From a bacterium (GTDB taxonomy: Bacteria; JAAXHH01): a stretch of 64,000 nt of DNA. Below, one piece after another: positions 38,611-48,767 of this stretch (its first letter is position 1; each line of letters starts with the position of its first letter). The notes under the pieces were generated by a model. That model saw only the letters and a list, made by a program, of their open reading frames with translations, had not been told where the DNA came from and did not search any database. The DNA is taken from contig OY843748.1 of NCBI GenBank assembly GCA_963693015.1, positions 7,449 through 71,448 on the forward strand, given 5' to 3'. A program made the position numbers and the translations under genes.

Positions 38611-38854
38611 TTCGGATATCTCCCGGTTTGATGTCGACCCGGACTATGGAAAGCACGGGAACCCGGCGGCCGCGTTGCGTGCCGATCCCGGATATCGATT
38701 GACTTGCGGATATGAAATACTGATTATGGTATCCCGTGGTCACGCGCGTTGGTGCGCTGAATCGTAATCGCAATTTAAGGGTTTGTTTACAACCGGGCAA
38801 CTGATTTGTCTGGCCAGCCGGGTTCGTCCGATCGGTTGGGTACAGGAGGACCCC

Positions 38855-39828
38855 ATGTTGCGGCTTTGGTCGGATCGGGCCATGCCCTCCGCGATTCGTT
38901 CGGAGTTTGATCATGCCATGCATGTAAACGGCTCGGCGGAAGAGTCGCCCGAAGACCCGCTTCGCGACCTGCCTGGCGCGCATGCGGTCGTCGCGGGTGC
39001 GCGGAGAATATACGACGGCGACCTGATGGACAGGTATCCGGAAATGAAGGTCATCTGCCGGACGGGCATAGGTATCGACAACGTCGTCGTGCCGGATGCC
39101 ACGGCAAGGGGCGTCGCGGTCTGCCACACGCCGGACGGACCGACCCTGTCCACGGCCGAAACGGCGGTCGCCCTGATACTTGCCGCGGTGAAGAACCTGA
39201 AAAGCGTTTCCAGGGCGTTCGCGGAACAGCCGGAGCGCGACTATCTGTCCGGCTACCAGGGGGTGGAGGTCTTCGGGCGGACGCTGGGACTGATCGGGCT
39301 CGGCCGCATCGGAAGCCGGGTGGCACGGTTGGCCGCAGCCCTCGGCATGCGCGTGGCCGCCTACGATCCCTATATCGGGATATCGGGGACGAAAGGGCGG
39401 TGGCGTTGGGCATTGAACGAGAGGGACTCATCGAGGCCGTGCTGGCCAGATCAGATGTCGTCTCGGTGCACGCTCCGCTGACGGAAGAAACCCGCCGCCT
39501 GATGAACGGTAAGCGCTTCGCGCAGATGAAACAGGGCGCGTTCTTCGTCAACGTGTCGCGGGGCGGGCTCGTGGACGAGCAGGCGCTTTGCGCCGCGCTC
39601 GACCGGGGACATCTCGCCGGGGCGGCCCTGGACGTCTTCGATCCCGAGCCGCCTTCCCCGGACAACCCGCTGCTGCATCGCGATGACGTAATCGCCACGC
39701 CCCATATCGCCGGCGTGACGGTCGAAAGCAGGGAACGCATGTGGAGGATGGCCGTATCGATGGCCCTTCAGGTCTGGAACGGCGAAAAGCCGGACCATAT
39801 CGTCAACCCGGAAGCCCTGTCTCCGTAA
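38855..39828 (+). pseudogene. D-isomer 2-hydroxyacid dehydrogenase (SerA-like), frameshifted
   Basis: N-half GIGIDNV, GLGRIG..YDPY and C-half HAPLT, NVSRG, LDVF, TPHIAG lie in different frames; 8-bp duplication atatcggg at 39372-39387. Confidence 0.85.
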
Positions 39829-39841
39829 GGCGTGGCGTCCT

Positions 39842-39908
39842 ATCCGGAGGCCGGGCGTCTTACGCGGAGACGTGGGTATCAAATCCGGAGGCCGGGCGTC
39901 TTACGCGG
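39842..39908. repeat. 26-bp direct repeat, 41-bp period, between convergent genes
   Basis: atccggaggccgggcgtcttacgcgg at 39842 and 39883. Confidence 0.9.
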
Positions 39909-39911
39909 CGG

Positions 39912-40655
39912 TCACCTGAATACCTGCACATCGGCCGCCCGGGGCACGTCCACGCCGTGCTTCATGCGCATGATTTCCTTCTGGCGGTCTGTGAGCAGGG
40001 CGTGCCATTCGACGGGAAACCGTTCGTGGGGGTCATACTGGAACATGAGCATGCGTTTGCGGTAGTGGGCGAATAAGGCGTGCCGGTTCGCGCTGCCGCG
40101 GTTGGCCCCGCCCGCGTGCCAGCACTGCCCGTTGAAGACGAGGACGCTCCCCGCGGGCGCGGAAGGCTGCACGTAGTACTTCACATCGACACCCTGGGGT
40201 GGATGGCCGAGTCCGCTCTTGTGGGTCCCGGGAACGACCCGCGTTCCGCCGTTTTCAGGCGAGAAGTCATCCAGCATCCATACGGTGTTCATCATGACCG
40301 GAGAGGCCATGTTGAGCATTTCGGCGGGTATGTCGCTGTGAAACCCCTGGTCGCCGTCCCCCGGGCGTACGATCCGGCTGTTCAGGCTGCCCAGGATAAG
40401 CGACGGCTCGAGGTAGTGTTCCAGGATGGGCAGGATGCGGGGGTGATCGATGACCGGGAAGAAGACGGGGTCCAGGGTCGGCAGATTGCTCACGTGCCTG
40501 CAGGAGCCTTCGCCTCCGCGCTCTTCGCCCATCTCGTCGTTCAGGCGTATCAGCACCCTGCGCATGGATTCGACCTGCCCGGTGGACAAGACGCGCTCCA
40601 CGACCGTGAAGCCGTACACGTCCAGTTCGTAGACGGCGTTTTCGAATTCGGTCAT
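39912..40655 (-). CDS. phytanoyl-CoA dioxygenase (PhyH) family protein
   Basis: FHSD, NGGTRVVPGTH, WHAGGAN. Confidence 0.9.
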   Translation of the reverse strand: MTEFENAVYELDVYGFTVVERVLSTGQVESMRRVLIRLNDEMGEERGGEGSCRHVSNLPTLDPVFFPVIDHPRILPILEHYLEPSLILGSLNSRIVRPGDGDQGFHSDIPAEMLNMASPVMMNTVWMLDDFSPENGGTRVVPGTHKSGLGHPPQGVDVKYYVQPSAPAGSVLVFNGQCWHAGGANRGSANRHALFAHYRKRMLMFQYDPHERFPVEWHALLTDRQKEIMRMKHGVDVPRAADVQVFR

Positions 40656-40658
40656 CGG

Positions 40659-41444
40659 CTACACCAGGTATTGGCCGGGGATTCTCGTGCCTTCGTACCG
40701 GGCGTCCGCCGGGCGGTTCAGGATGGGTTCGGGCACCTCGCCGGTCCAGTAGTCCGGCACGGTCAGCGGCCGGTTGTGCCATCCCAGGACGAGGGTACGT
40801 CTGCGGTCGCTGTCGTTGCCTCGGGCAGCGTGCAGGACCCGCGCTTCTCCGATGACCAGGTCGCCGGCCTTCATGGGCAGATCGACGGCGTCCGGGTGAT
40901 CGCCGAACATGTGGGGATCGTTCACGTCGGCGAAGTAGGCGGTTTTCTGGTGGGCGATCTCCACCTGGTCGTGCAGGGGAATGCGCCTGCGATGCGTGCC
41001 GGGTATGACGCGGAAACACCCGTTCTCGAAGTCGGTGTCGACGAGATAGTAGGAAAGAAAGATGGTCTGGGGCCAGGGCGCCATGCTGATGGGGTCGTTC
41101 CAGGCCATCCAGTCCTGGTGCCAGTAGAGGGGCGGACCGCCGGCCGGTTTGCTCAGGATGATGACGATCCCCGAAGGGGTGAAATCCGTCAGGCCCATGG
41201 CTTCCAGGATCTGTCGGGCGCCGGGCCAGTCGAGCAGGTCGCCCATCACCTCGTTGTCGCCGGCGGCCACGTGCAGGTCGGAACCCTGGTACTGCCATTC
41301 GGGCGGGTGTTCCACGGAATCGAGCAGCCGGTCCGATTCCTCGCGCAGCGTCCCAAGGAAATCCTCGGACAGCACGCCCTCGATATGACAGTATCCGTCG
41401 CGGATCAACTGCGCCCGTTTTCGCGCGCCTTCTTCCTTTGTCAT
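40659..41444 (-). CDS. phytanoyl-CoA dioxygenase (PhyH) family protein
   Basis: WHQD, NGCFRVIPGTH, LHAARGN..RR; start MTKEE. Confidence 0.88.
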   Translation of the reverse strand: MTKEEGARKRAQLIRDGYCHIEGVLSEDFLGTLREESDRLLDSVEHPPEWQYQGSDLHVAAGDNEVMGDLLDWPGARQILEAMGLTDFTPSGIVIILSKPAGGPPLYWHQDWMAWNDPISMAPWPQTIFLSYYLVDTDFENGCFRVIPGTHRRRIPLHDQVEIAHQKTAYFADVNDPHMFGDHPDAVDLPMKAGDLVIGEARVLHAARGNDSDRRRTLVLGWHNRPLTVPDYWTGEVPEPILNRPADARYEGTRIPGQYLV

Positions 41445-41476
41445 GCTCCGGCTCCTTGCCCGCGCTTCAGGGTCAG

Positions 41477-42232
41477 CTACCTGGCGCCGCGGGACAATCC
41501 GTTGTCCACCAGGTAGTCGTAGCTTTTTCTGACCGCGTCGACCATGTCCGTCGCGCAGCTGTCCAGTTCGACGATATGCCATTCGGTGTGGCTGCCGCCG
41601 GCCGCGATCACCCCCGGGAGATCCACCTTGCCTTCGCCCAGGGCGGTCATGTCCGTATTCCGCTGGCAGGGGCCGTCCTTGAGGTGAAGCAGGGGGGCGC
41701 GGGCGCCGAGGCGTTTCAGCACGCCCGCCGGGTCCGGACCGCCGACCTGGACCCAGTACACGTCCACCTGGAAGAACACCTCCGGCGAAAGATGCTCGAG
41801 GAGGATATCCGTCGCGATCCGTCCCTCCACCTCCAGGTACTCCCACCAGTGATTGTGGATCCCGAAGGTCATGCCGTGGGGCGCCACGGCCTCCGCGGCT
41901 TCGTTGAAACGGTCCGCCGACCACCTGATATTGTCCAGGGTACTGTGGTCGTCCCGGCCCAGTCCGGAGACCACGCGTTTCGTGCCGATCGCGCCCGCGG
42001 TATCGACGACGTAGGACGCGTTGTCGCCCACGGGCAGGGGCAGGTGGGCGCTGGGCACCTCGAGATTCAGCGATTCGAAAAGCCTGCCGGCCGCCTCCGG
42101 CGTGGTGCCCGGAAACCCGGCGGGTTCGACGCCCGCGTAACCGATCTCCGCGGTCAGGTTCACCACGTGTTCGAAGTCCTTGTCTGCCAGTTCTCGAAGC
42201 GTGTAAAGCTGCAGGGCTACAGGCGGGGGCAT
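41477..42232 (-). CDS. sugar phosphate isomerase/epimerase (TIM barrel)
   Basis: LQLYTLR, HNH..E, DVYW, HLKD, VELD. Confidence 0.9.
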   Translation of the reverse strand: MPPPVALQLYTLRELADKDFEHVVNLTAEIGYAGVEPAGFPGTTPEAAGRLFESLNLEVPSAHLPLPVGDNASYVVDTAGAIGTKRVVSGLGRDDHSTLDNIRWSADRFNEAAEAVAPHGMTFGIHNHWWEYLEVEGRIATDILLEHLSPEVFFQVDVYWVQVGGPDPAGVLKRLGARAPLLHLKDGPCQRNTDMTALGEGKVDLPGVIAAGGSHTEWHIVELDSCATDMVDAVRKSYDYLVDNGLSRGAR

Positions 42233-42363
42233 ATACGGTACCTCTTTTCTGTCTTTTCTCAGCCACGCCGGGCTTTCGAGTAAGACAAAATGCCTACGGT
42301 GGTCTGTCGGGTGAAATCGAGGGAAGAATATACGAATCCCGTCAACGGCGTGCAAGCGAATCG

Positions 42364-42987
42364 TCAGGATAAATCGTATGCGAATTCCCCGTCGCCCCCT
42401 TCCAGGGCAGCGTCTCCTTTGCGCAGCATGCGCAGGACGCTTTCCTCGTGGACCGTTTCTATGAGATCTTCCTTTTCAAACCACCTGAGATCGTGGGATT
42501 CGTCGCTGATGCTCAGCGGTTGCTCGGCGGCGGCGACCAGCAGGTATCGGAGATCGTGATGTTCGTGCGCGGGTACGCCGGCCCGGGCGGCGATGACGTG
42601 GATATCCACGTCCAGCGGAACGAACCCTTCCGGCTCCCGAAACAGTCCGAATCCCGTGAGCCCGGACTCCTCTTCGGCTTCCCGCAGGGCGACGAGGTGG
42701 GGCCGGGTACAACCGTCGGAATGGCCGCCCAGCTGCAGCCAGCGGTCGAAGATGCGGTGCCGGGTCATCAGGTACTTCGAACGATCGGGCGAAACGATCC
42801 AGGCCGAACCGGTGATATGGCCCGGCAGGCACGTTCTTTCGAAGCAGTCGGGATGTCCGGCGACCAGGGAACGTATCCGCGCTACCGTATCCCCTTCATC
42901 CGGGTAACGCGCCAGGTAATGCCCCAGGGCCTTTTGGAGACTGTTGCGATGGGACTGGCCTGCCTTTTCCCCGTTGATTGGCCTCAT
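42364..42987 (-). CDS. NUDIX hydrolase
   Basis: GHITGSA, WLQLGGHSDG..ALREAEEESGL Nudix box. Confidence 0.9.
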   Translation of the reverse strand: MRPINGEKAGQSHRNSLQKALGHYLARYPDEGDTVARIRSLVAGHPDCFERTCLPGHITGSAWIVSPDRSKYLMTRHRIFDRWLQLGGHSDGCTRPHLVALREAEEESGLTGFGLFREPEGFVPLDVDIHVIAARAGVPAHEHHDLRYLLVAAAEQPLSISDESHDLRWFEKEDLIETVHEESVLRMLRKGDAALEGGDGEFAYDLS

Positions 42988-43970
42988 CGGTCCGTTTCCC
43001 AGTAGCAGGGCACGTCCAGCTCAGCGCCCAGTTCCCGCAGCGACTGGATGTGGGCGCTGTCCAGGGGGATCCCGTTGCGGCCGAAATCGGCCTCCCGCTC
43101 GGCCTCGAGTTCTCCAGGAAGCAACGAGCGGTCCAGTCCCGGGAGGGGCTCCATGGCGTGTATGTTTTCGCGCAGTTCCGCGACCGTTCGCGTGTAATCG
43201 GACGGGTCGCCGATGAAGGCGGGATCCAGGACGAATGCGGTGAGGCTGCTGGTGGCTCCCGGATAGCGGTTCTCGATGGTGGATTGCGCGTCCACGGGCC
43301 ACGTCAGCATGACGGAGGCGACCTGGTAGGCCAGTCCCTTGATCAGCGGCAGCACGCTGATATCCGCGATTTTCTGCTGAACATCGGGCAGTTCCAGGTG
43401 CGTGCCCATGTCGATCAGCACGGGTGGTTCGCCCTCCGCCGCAGGGAAACCGAAACTCACCGGCGGGTTGTTCAGCGCCTGGACGACGGGTTCGGGCCGA
43501 TCGAAGGGAAGGGGACTCATGGGCGTGCTGTAGTACAGGCAGATCATGCCCGCCCCGGTGGCGATGCGCGTCCAGTTTCCCACCGATCCCGTGTGACCGC
43601 AGTGCGTCGCCGTGACGAGGCAGATTCCCGCGGACCTCGCCCGGGAGACCGCGGAGCGAATGGCCCGGGCGGAGACGAGATGGCCGATACCGCCGTTCCC
43701 GTCCCACTGCACCACCGCGCCGGCTTCCCGGTAGATCCTGATATTCGGCCTGGCATTGTACTTGCCCGACTGGAAGGACCGCACATAGCCCGGAAGCTGT
43801 CGGGTTCCGTGGCTGAGGACGCCGCGCAGGTCCGTCGCGGTCAGGTAATCGGCCATTTCCTCCGCGTGGGGTTTCGACAGGCCGGCCTTTCGAAGCGCTT
43901 CTGCGGTAAAACGGTGCAGGGACTTCGCGTCGTAGCGGGGATTGGCGTAGTCGACGGGTGTGATGGCCAT
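42984..43970 (-). CDS. Ldh_2 family (malate/L-lactate/ureidoglycolate-type) oxidoreductase
   Basis: DLRGVLSHG, DGNGGIGH, C-terminal PGELE. Confidence 0.85.
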   Translation of the reverse strand: MAITPVDYANPRYDAKSLHRFTAEALRKAGLSKPHAEEMADYLTATDLRGVLSHGTRQLPGYVRSFQSGKYNARPNIRIYREAGAVVQWDGNGGIGHLVSARAIRSAVSRARSAGICLVTATHCGHTGSVGNWTRIATGAGMICLYYSTPMSPLPFDRPEPVVQALNNPPVSFGFPAAEGEPPVLIDMGTHLELPDVQQKIADISVLPLIKGLAYQVASVMLTWPVDAQSTIENRYPGATSSLTAFVLDPAFIGDPSDYTRTVAELRENIHAMEPLPGLDRSLLPGELEAEREADFGRNGIPLDSAHIQSLRELGAELDVPCYWETDR

Positions 43971-44055
43971 GGATATCCTCTAGGAACATTACGCCATTAC
44001 ATGGCCCTTACCATAATGAGACCTGCCCGGCAAGACAACTGCTATCCTGTCAGGG

Positions 44056-44125
44056 CCGCCTATCACTTTGACTTAGGACCGCCGGCCGCCTATCACTTTG
44101 ACTTAGGACCGCCTATCACTTTGAC
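44056..44125. repeat. three copies of ccgcctatcactttgac overlapping a -35 box
   Basis: Copies at 44056, 44086, 44109; the first two continue ttaggaccgcc. Confidence 0.9.
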
Positions 44126-44149
44126 ATGGGCCGCTGCGCCGCATACCTT
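44121..44149 (+). promoter_or_regulatory. sigma70-type promoter for the SDR gene
   Basis: TTGACA-17 bp-TACCTT. Confidence 0.6.
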
Positions 44150-44248
44150 TTAATCTTCTTTATTACCACATTACCACGCGACTCATTACCACGCGACCGA
44201 TACACGACCGCACCAACTGCCGGGATACGAGATCCGCCGGGATGCGAA

Positions 44249-45256
44249 ATGACCCTAAAACCACTCCAGGATCGCGTGGCCGTCGTCACGGGAGCGACAC
44301 GCGGCACCGGACGCGGCATCGCCCGCATGCTCGGGGCCGCGGGCGCCACGGTCTACTGCACCGGCCGGAGCGTGAAAGGCCATCCGGCCACGGCGGGGCG
44401 GCCCGAGACGATAGAAGAAACCGCCGAAATGGTCACGGCCGAAGGCGGCAAGGGCATTGCCGTGCGGACGGACCACACGGTGGAAGCCGAGGTGGGCCGC
44501 CTCTTCGACCGCATCCGGAGCGAGCAGAACCGGCTCGACGTCCTGGTCAACGATATCTGGGGCGGCGACGAACTCACGCAGTGGGGATCGCCGTTCTGGG
44601 AACTCGATACTCCCCAGGGGCTCAGGCTGCTCGAACGGGCCGTGCACACGCATATCATTACCAGCCGCCTGGGTGCGCCCCTGATGATCGAGCGTAATTC
44701 GGGGCTTATCGTGGAGGTTACCGATGGAGAAACGATGGGCTATCGCGGGAACCTGTTCTACGACCTGGCCAAAAACGCCACGATCCGGCTGGGATACGCG
44801 ATGGCGAGTGACCTGCACAGGCACGACGTCACCGCGCTGACGGTAACTCCGGGATTCCTGCGGTCCGAGGCGATGCTGGACGGCTTCGGGGTCACGGAAG
44901 AGAACTGGCGAGACGCCATCGCGCAGGACCCATACTTCGCGGAGTCGGAGACGCCGTGTTTCCTGGGACGGGGCGTGGCGGCCCTGGCGGCCGATCCGGA
45001 CGTCGCTTCGAAACGTGGCGGATTGTACTCGAGCGGAGCCCTCGCGAAAGCGTACGGATTTACGGATCTCGACGGACGCCGGCCCGACTGGGGAAGCTTC
45101 TTCCGTGCCAGGGTACGGGAAATCATCGAAAGCGAGAACACACCGGACGAGATGAGCCTGTACGTCGTCCGCGCCCGGATGCACCAGATCGAGTTGGATC
45201 CTGGTGCGGAAGAGGAGTCTATGCGGCTGCGTGCCTACCTGGATAAGCATGAGTGA
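44249..45256 (+). CDS. SDR family oxidoreductase
   Basis: TGATRGTG, VNDIWGG, YDLAK, PGFLRSE. Confidence 0.9.
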   Translation: MTLKPLQDRVAVVTGATRGTGRGIARMLGAAGATVYCTGRSVKGHPATAGRPETIEETAEMVTAEGGKGIAVRTDHTVEAEVGRLFDRIRSEQNRLDVLVNDIWGGDELTQWGSPFWELDTPQGLRLLERAVHTHIITSRLGAPLMIERNSGLIVEVTDGETMGYRGNLFYDLAKNATIRLGYAMASDLHRHDVTALTVTPGFLRSEAMLDGFGVTEENWRDAIAQDPYFAESETPCFLGRGVAALAADPDVASKRGGLYSSGALAKAYGFTDLDGRRPDWGSFFRARVREIIESENTPDEMSLYVVRARMHQIELDPGAEEESMRLRAYLDKHE

Positions 45257-45408
45257 CTCGTGTTAAGGTAGTCGGTGATCAATGCTTTTTAAAAGGTACC
45301 GTTTAGACGCCTATGACGTGATATCGTACGTCTGGAAGATACACCCGCGGTTCATAAGGGCAGCATAGTGCCACTACAGTTCAAGGAAATGAAGCCGGAG
45401 GGTAATCT

Positions 45409-46662
45409 ATGCAAGATAGACTGATCAGAATAGACCCAGCCCATGATAATGAAATAGAGATTTACGAACGGTTGTATCTGGGTGCAAACGTATCCGGAGG
45501 TAGTTTGAGTGAGGCAACTCTTCAGAACCTGCTGTTTCGATATCCCGAGACACTTCCAATTGCAACAATCGATCCGGCATACATGGGCGTCATTCCAGTA
45601 TGCAAAGAATTGAGAACCCCATCCGGATATGTCGACGCCTTGTTCGTTAATCCCCATGGACGGCTGGTCCTTGTCGAATTCAAACTTTGGCGTAACCCGG
45701 AGGCGCGACGCGAAGTGATCGGTCAGATTCTCGATTATGCTAAAGACCTGGCTTCATGGGACTATGAAGATCTGCAACGCGAAGTATCTCTGAACACGAG
45801 AAGGACCGGAAGTGTTTTGTTCGATTTGGTCAGGAACGTAAACAATGTGTTGAACGAGAATGACTTTGTCGACAACGTGAGCCGTCACCTGAAACGAGGA
45901 GAGTTTCTTCTGCTAATCGTAGGTGATGGGATTCAAGAAGGGGTAGAGAGCATCGTCGACTTCGTACAGAGGCACAGCGGCCTGCATTTCAACCTGGCGC
46001 TGGTAGAAGCGGCTCTCTATAGGGATGCTTCTGATCAACTTTTCGTTCATCCACGTGTTCTGGCACGCACTGAGATAGTGCAGCGGTTCACCTTTGAAGG
46101 CGACTTCGCATCTGTCGTCCCTGCTGATATAATCGAGATTGATGAAGGAAGTGCTTCAAGTTCGCCCTCAGAAAAAGAAGAGCAGAACCAGCGATTCTGG
46201 CATGACGTTCTGAAGGAATTTCAGTTTTCCGATTCTACCATCAAAATTCCAACAGACATATGGCCGGAAACTCTTCAGGGTTCGACAATTCACGTGCAGG
46301 TTAGAAACTCGGGATTCAACGGATGGGCTTTGACCTTTGTCGCATTTCTATATAGAGACAAAGGGACTATGGGTTGTTATCTTTCTGTACGCAAAAACCA
46401 CTCCAGGGAGGAAAGGATATTCGAAAGAATTACTGCCTCAATCGATGAACACAAGAAGATAATCGGGAATGAGTTAGATAAGTGGGAAAACGCCAAAGGC
46501 AGGCCCAGGTTCGGATTTTTGATGAATTGCGACACGTCTGTAATTGAAGATGAAGAAAGTGAAGGCTTCAGAAACGCGGTTTCCTGGATGCGGGAGCATT
46601 TTGACAGGCTGGTCAGTAATCTGCATCCTCAAATCCAGAAGATGCTTCAGGAAGGTCGATGA
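45409..46662 (+). CDS. PD-(D/E)XK endonuclease-like protein, possible DUF4268-like C-terminus
   Basis: E..LQ, KEL....GYVDAL..LVLVEFKL..EARREVIGQILDY; visibly AT-richer than flanks. Confidence 0.75.
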   Translation: MQDRLIRIDPAHDNEIEIYERLYLGANVSGGSLSEATLQNLLFRYPETLPIATIDPAYMGVIPVCKELRTPSGYVDALFVNPHGRLVLVEFKLWRNPEARREVIGQILDYAKDLASWDYEDLQREVSLNTRRTGSVLFDLVRNVNNVLNENDFVDNVSRHLKRGEFLLLIVGDGIQEGVESIVDFVQRHSGLHFNLALVEAALYRDASDQLFVHPRVLARTEIVQRFTFEGDFASVVPADIIEIDEGSASSSPSEKEEQNQRFWHDVLKEFQFSDSTIKIPTDIWPETLQGSTIHVQVRNSGFNGWALTFVAFLYRDKGTMGCYLSVRKNHSREERIFERITASIDEHKKIIGNELDKWENAKGRPRFGFLMNCDTSVIEDEESEGFRNAVSWMREHFDRLVSNLHPQIQKMLQEGR

Positions 46663-46792
46663 ATCATGGGCTGCTAATGTTTAGTCGCCTAACTTCTTGT
46701 TAACCGCGCTGCGCTGATTTATACTGAACTCTACGCTCCCCAAAATCCAACTGGAAAATGGGACTGTTTCCCATCCCCGACGGAGGCCGTTC

Positions 46793-48196
46793 ATGTCTGA
46801 CAGCGATGGAACACTACAAATCGATCCCCGAATCCAGGACCCTGACGAGATCCGACGACTCTCGCGGCGCGGATTCATCGGCAGCATGGCGGCCGGCGTG
46901 GCCGGCGCGGCCGGTGTAGCCGGCGCGTCGACCCTGCTGTCCCCGGCGGCTGAGGCGGTCGCGACGCCCGAACCCGATCTCCCCGCCGTTCCGGATACCC
47001 CTTCCGGCGGCGCGGCGCCCGATGACGAGGCTTACTGGGAGAAGGTGGCGGCGCAGTTTCTGGTGCGCGACGGCGTCATATTCATGAATTCGGGTACCCG
47101 CGGCATCTCGCCCATGAGCGTGCACAAGGCGCAGACCGAGGCGGTGGAAGCGGTCAATTCCGATCCCGCCATGTGCTGGTCGACCTACTTCTTTGCCGGC
47201 ATGGACAAGATACGCCGGGACATGGCCGATTTCGTAGGCGCCGACGTCGATGAGATCGCCTTTACGAACAGTACCACGGATGGCATGGGACTCGGATTCA
47301 TGGGGCTGGACCTGAAGGCGGGCGACGAGATCCTGACAACCAACTACGACTACGGCTGGGTGAAGAACATGATGGCCTTTCGCGCGAAGCGGGACGGCCT
47401 CGAATTCAAGATGGTCGACATCTCCGATCCCGGTTTCCGCGTGCTTGAAGACCCCCGGAAGGTCATCGACGTCGTGGAATCCGGTATCACGTCAAAAACC
47501 CGGTTTCTCACCATTTGCCATATCAACTATACCGATGGATTCGTCATGCCGGTGAAGGAAATCTGCGAGATGGCGAGAGCGAAGGGGATCATCACGCTGA
47601 TCGACGGCGCTCAGCCGCCGGGCATGATGAAGCTGGATATGCAGGATCTCGGGTGCGACATGTACGCCGGGCCCGGCCACAAATACATGATGGCGGCCCA
47701 GCACACGGGGTTTCTGTTCCTCCGAAACGACGCGGCGGACCGGGTACAACCCCTCGTATATACCGGTTCTCCGGATCCCGAGCGGGCCATAGAGGGCGCC
47801 CGGAAACTCGAACAGCGGGGTTCCACGAGCTATTCCGACCGCATTTCGATCGGCGCGGCACTGGATTTTCACAATAAACTGACCCGGGAAGCCGTCGAAG
47901 CCCGCCTGCGTTACCTTGCCCTCCAGTTGAGACGGGGACTCAGGGAGATCGACGGGGTCACCGTCTATGGATCGGATGATCCCGATCTGTCGATGGCGCT
48001 CGTCTCCTTCGCCGTCAAGGACCAGAATCCTTCGGATATCGTCGGGCGCCTGTGGTACCGCAGCCCGAATATATACATCCGAACCGTCGGGGCCGCCGGC
48101 GGTTTCAGCGGCGTCCGTGCCACGCTGCACGTCATGAATACCGCCGCGCAGGTCGAAACGCTCATCGACAGAGTCAGAGGCCTGACGAGAAGCTAG
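46793..48196 (+). CDS. Tat-exported class V aminotransferase-fold PLP enzyme (isopenicillin N epimerase-like)
   Basis: SRRGFI Tat motif; DGAQ; GHKY PLP lysine. Confidence 0.85.
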   Translation: MSDSDGTLQIDPRIQDPDEIRRLSRRGFIGSMAAGVAGAAGVAGASTLLSPAAEAVATPEPDLPAVPDTPSGGAAPDDEAYWEKVAAQFLVRDGVIFMNSGTRGISPMSVHKAQTEAVEAVNSDPAMCWSTYFFAGMDKIRRDMADFVGADVDEIAFTNSTTDGMGLGFMGLDLKAGDEILTTNYDYGWVKNMMAFRAKRDGLEFKMVDISDPGFRVLEDPRKVIDVVESGITSKTRFLTICHINYTDGFVMPVKEICEMARAKGIITLIDGAQPPGMMKLDMQDLGCDMYAGPGHKYMMAAQHTGFLFLRNDAADRVQPLVYTGSPDPERAIEGARKLEQRGSTSYSDRISIGAALDFHNKLTREAVEARLRYLALQLRRGLREIDGVTVYGSDDPDLSMALVSFAVKDQNPSDIVGRLWYRSPNIYIRTVGAAGGFSGVRATLHVMNTAAQVETLIDRVRGLTRS

Positions 48197-48250
48197 CGTT
48201 CCTGATGAACCGCGGGTTGTATCTGTAGAAGGGCAATCCATAGGATTACT

Positions 48251-48706
48251 ATGCGTATCGTACGTTATATAGCCGCCGTGATCGCGGGCGCCGTGGTCCT
48301 GCTCGTCCTGGGGTTCTTCCTCTACGCGGTGTTGTTCATGGGGTACTTCGCGGCGAACGCCGAACCGGAAGCGGCGGAAGTCGCGAAAAACCCGCCTGAA
48401 ATGCTGTTCATATATCTGAGCGAACTGATCCTGGCGGTACTGCTGTGCCTCGTAATCGGCTGCTGGGCGGGCGTATCCGGTGTGGTCGCGGGATTCAGGA
48501 CCGGCGCGGTCTTCGGATTCCTGATGAGTCTGGGCATCAGTCTTATGTTCTACGGCACGGTGAACTACATGAATCTCCAGGCGACGCTGTTCGACGTTGT
48601 CCTGACGACAGTGCGCCTGGCCCTGGCGGGCGCCGTGATCGGAGTCATACTCCCACGGAATCGAGCCTTCCCCGCCGACGCGAAACCTGTCGCTCCCGCA
48701 TCTTGA
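48251..48706 (+). CDS. hypothetical 4-TM membrane protein
   Basis: Four hydrophobic helices; similar to the next gene. Confidence 0.72.
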   Translation: MRIVRYIAAVIAGAVVLLVLGFFLYAVLFMGYFAANAEPEAAEVAKNPPEMLFIYLSELILAVLLCLVIGCWAGVSGVVAGFRTGAVFGFLMSLGISLMFYGTVNYMNLQATLFDVVLTTVRLALAGAVIGVILPRNRAFPADAKPVAPAS

Positions 48707-48767
48707 CGTGGTACGAGTTGCTTGACGTGATGCGGATCGCCGAAGGCGTATCCACCGGAAATCCATC

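Noticed and set aside
40659-42266. 535-aa ORF as a fusion protein
   Set aside because: The N-terminal half is an off-frame read of the isomerase gene; the PhyH domain starts at 41444.
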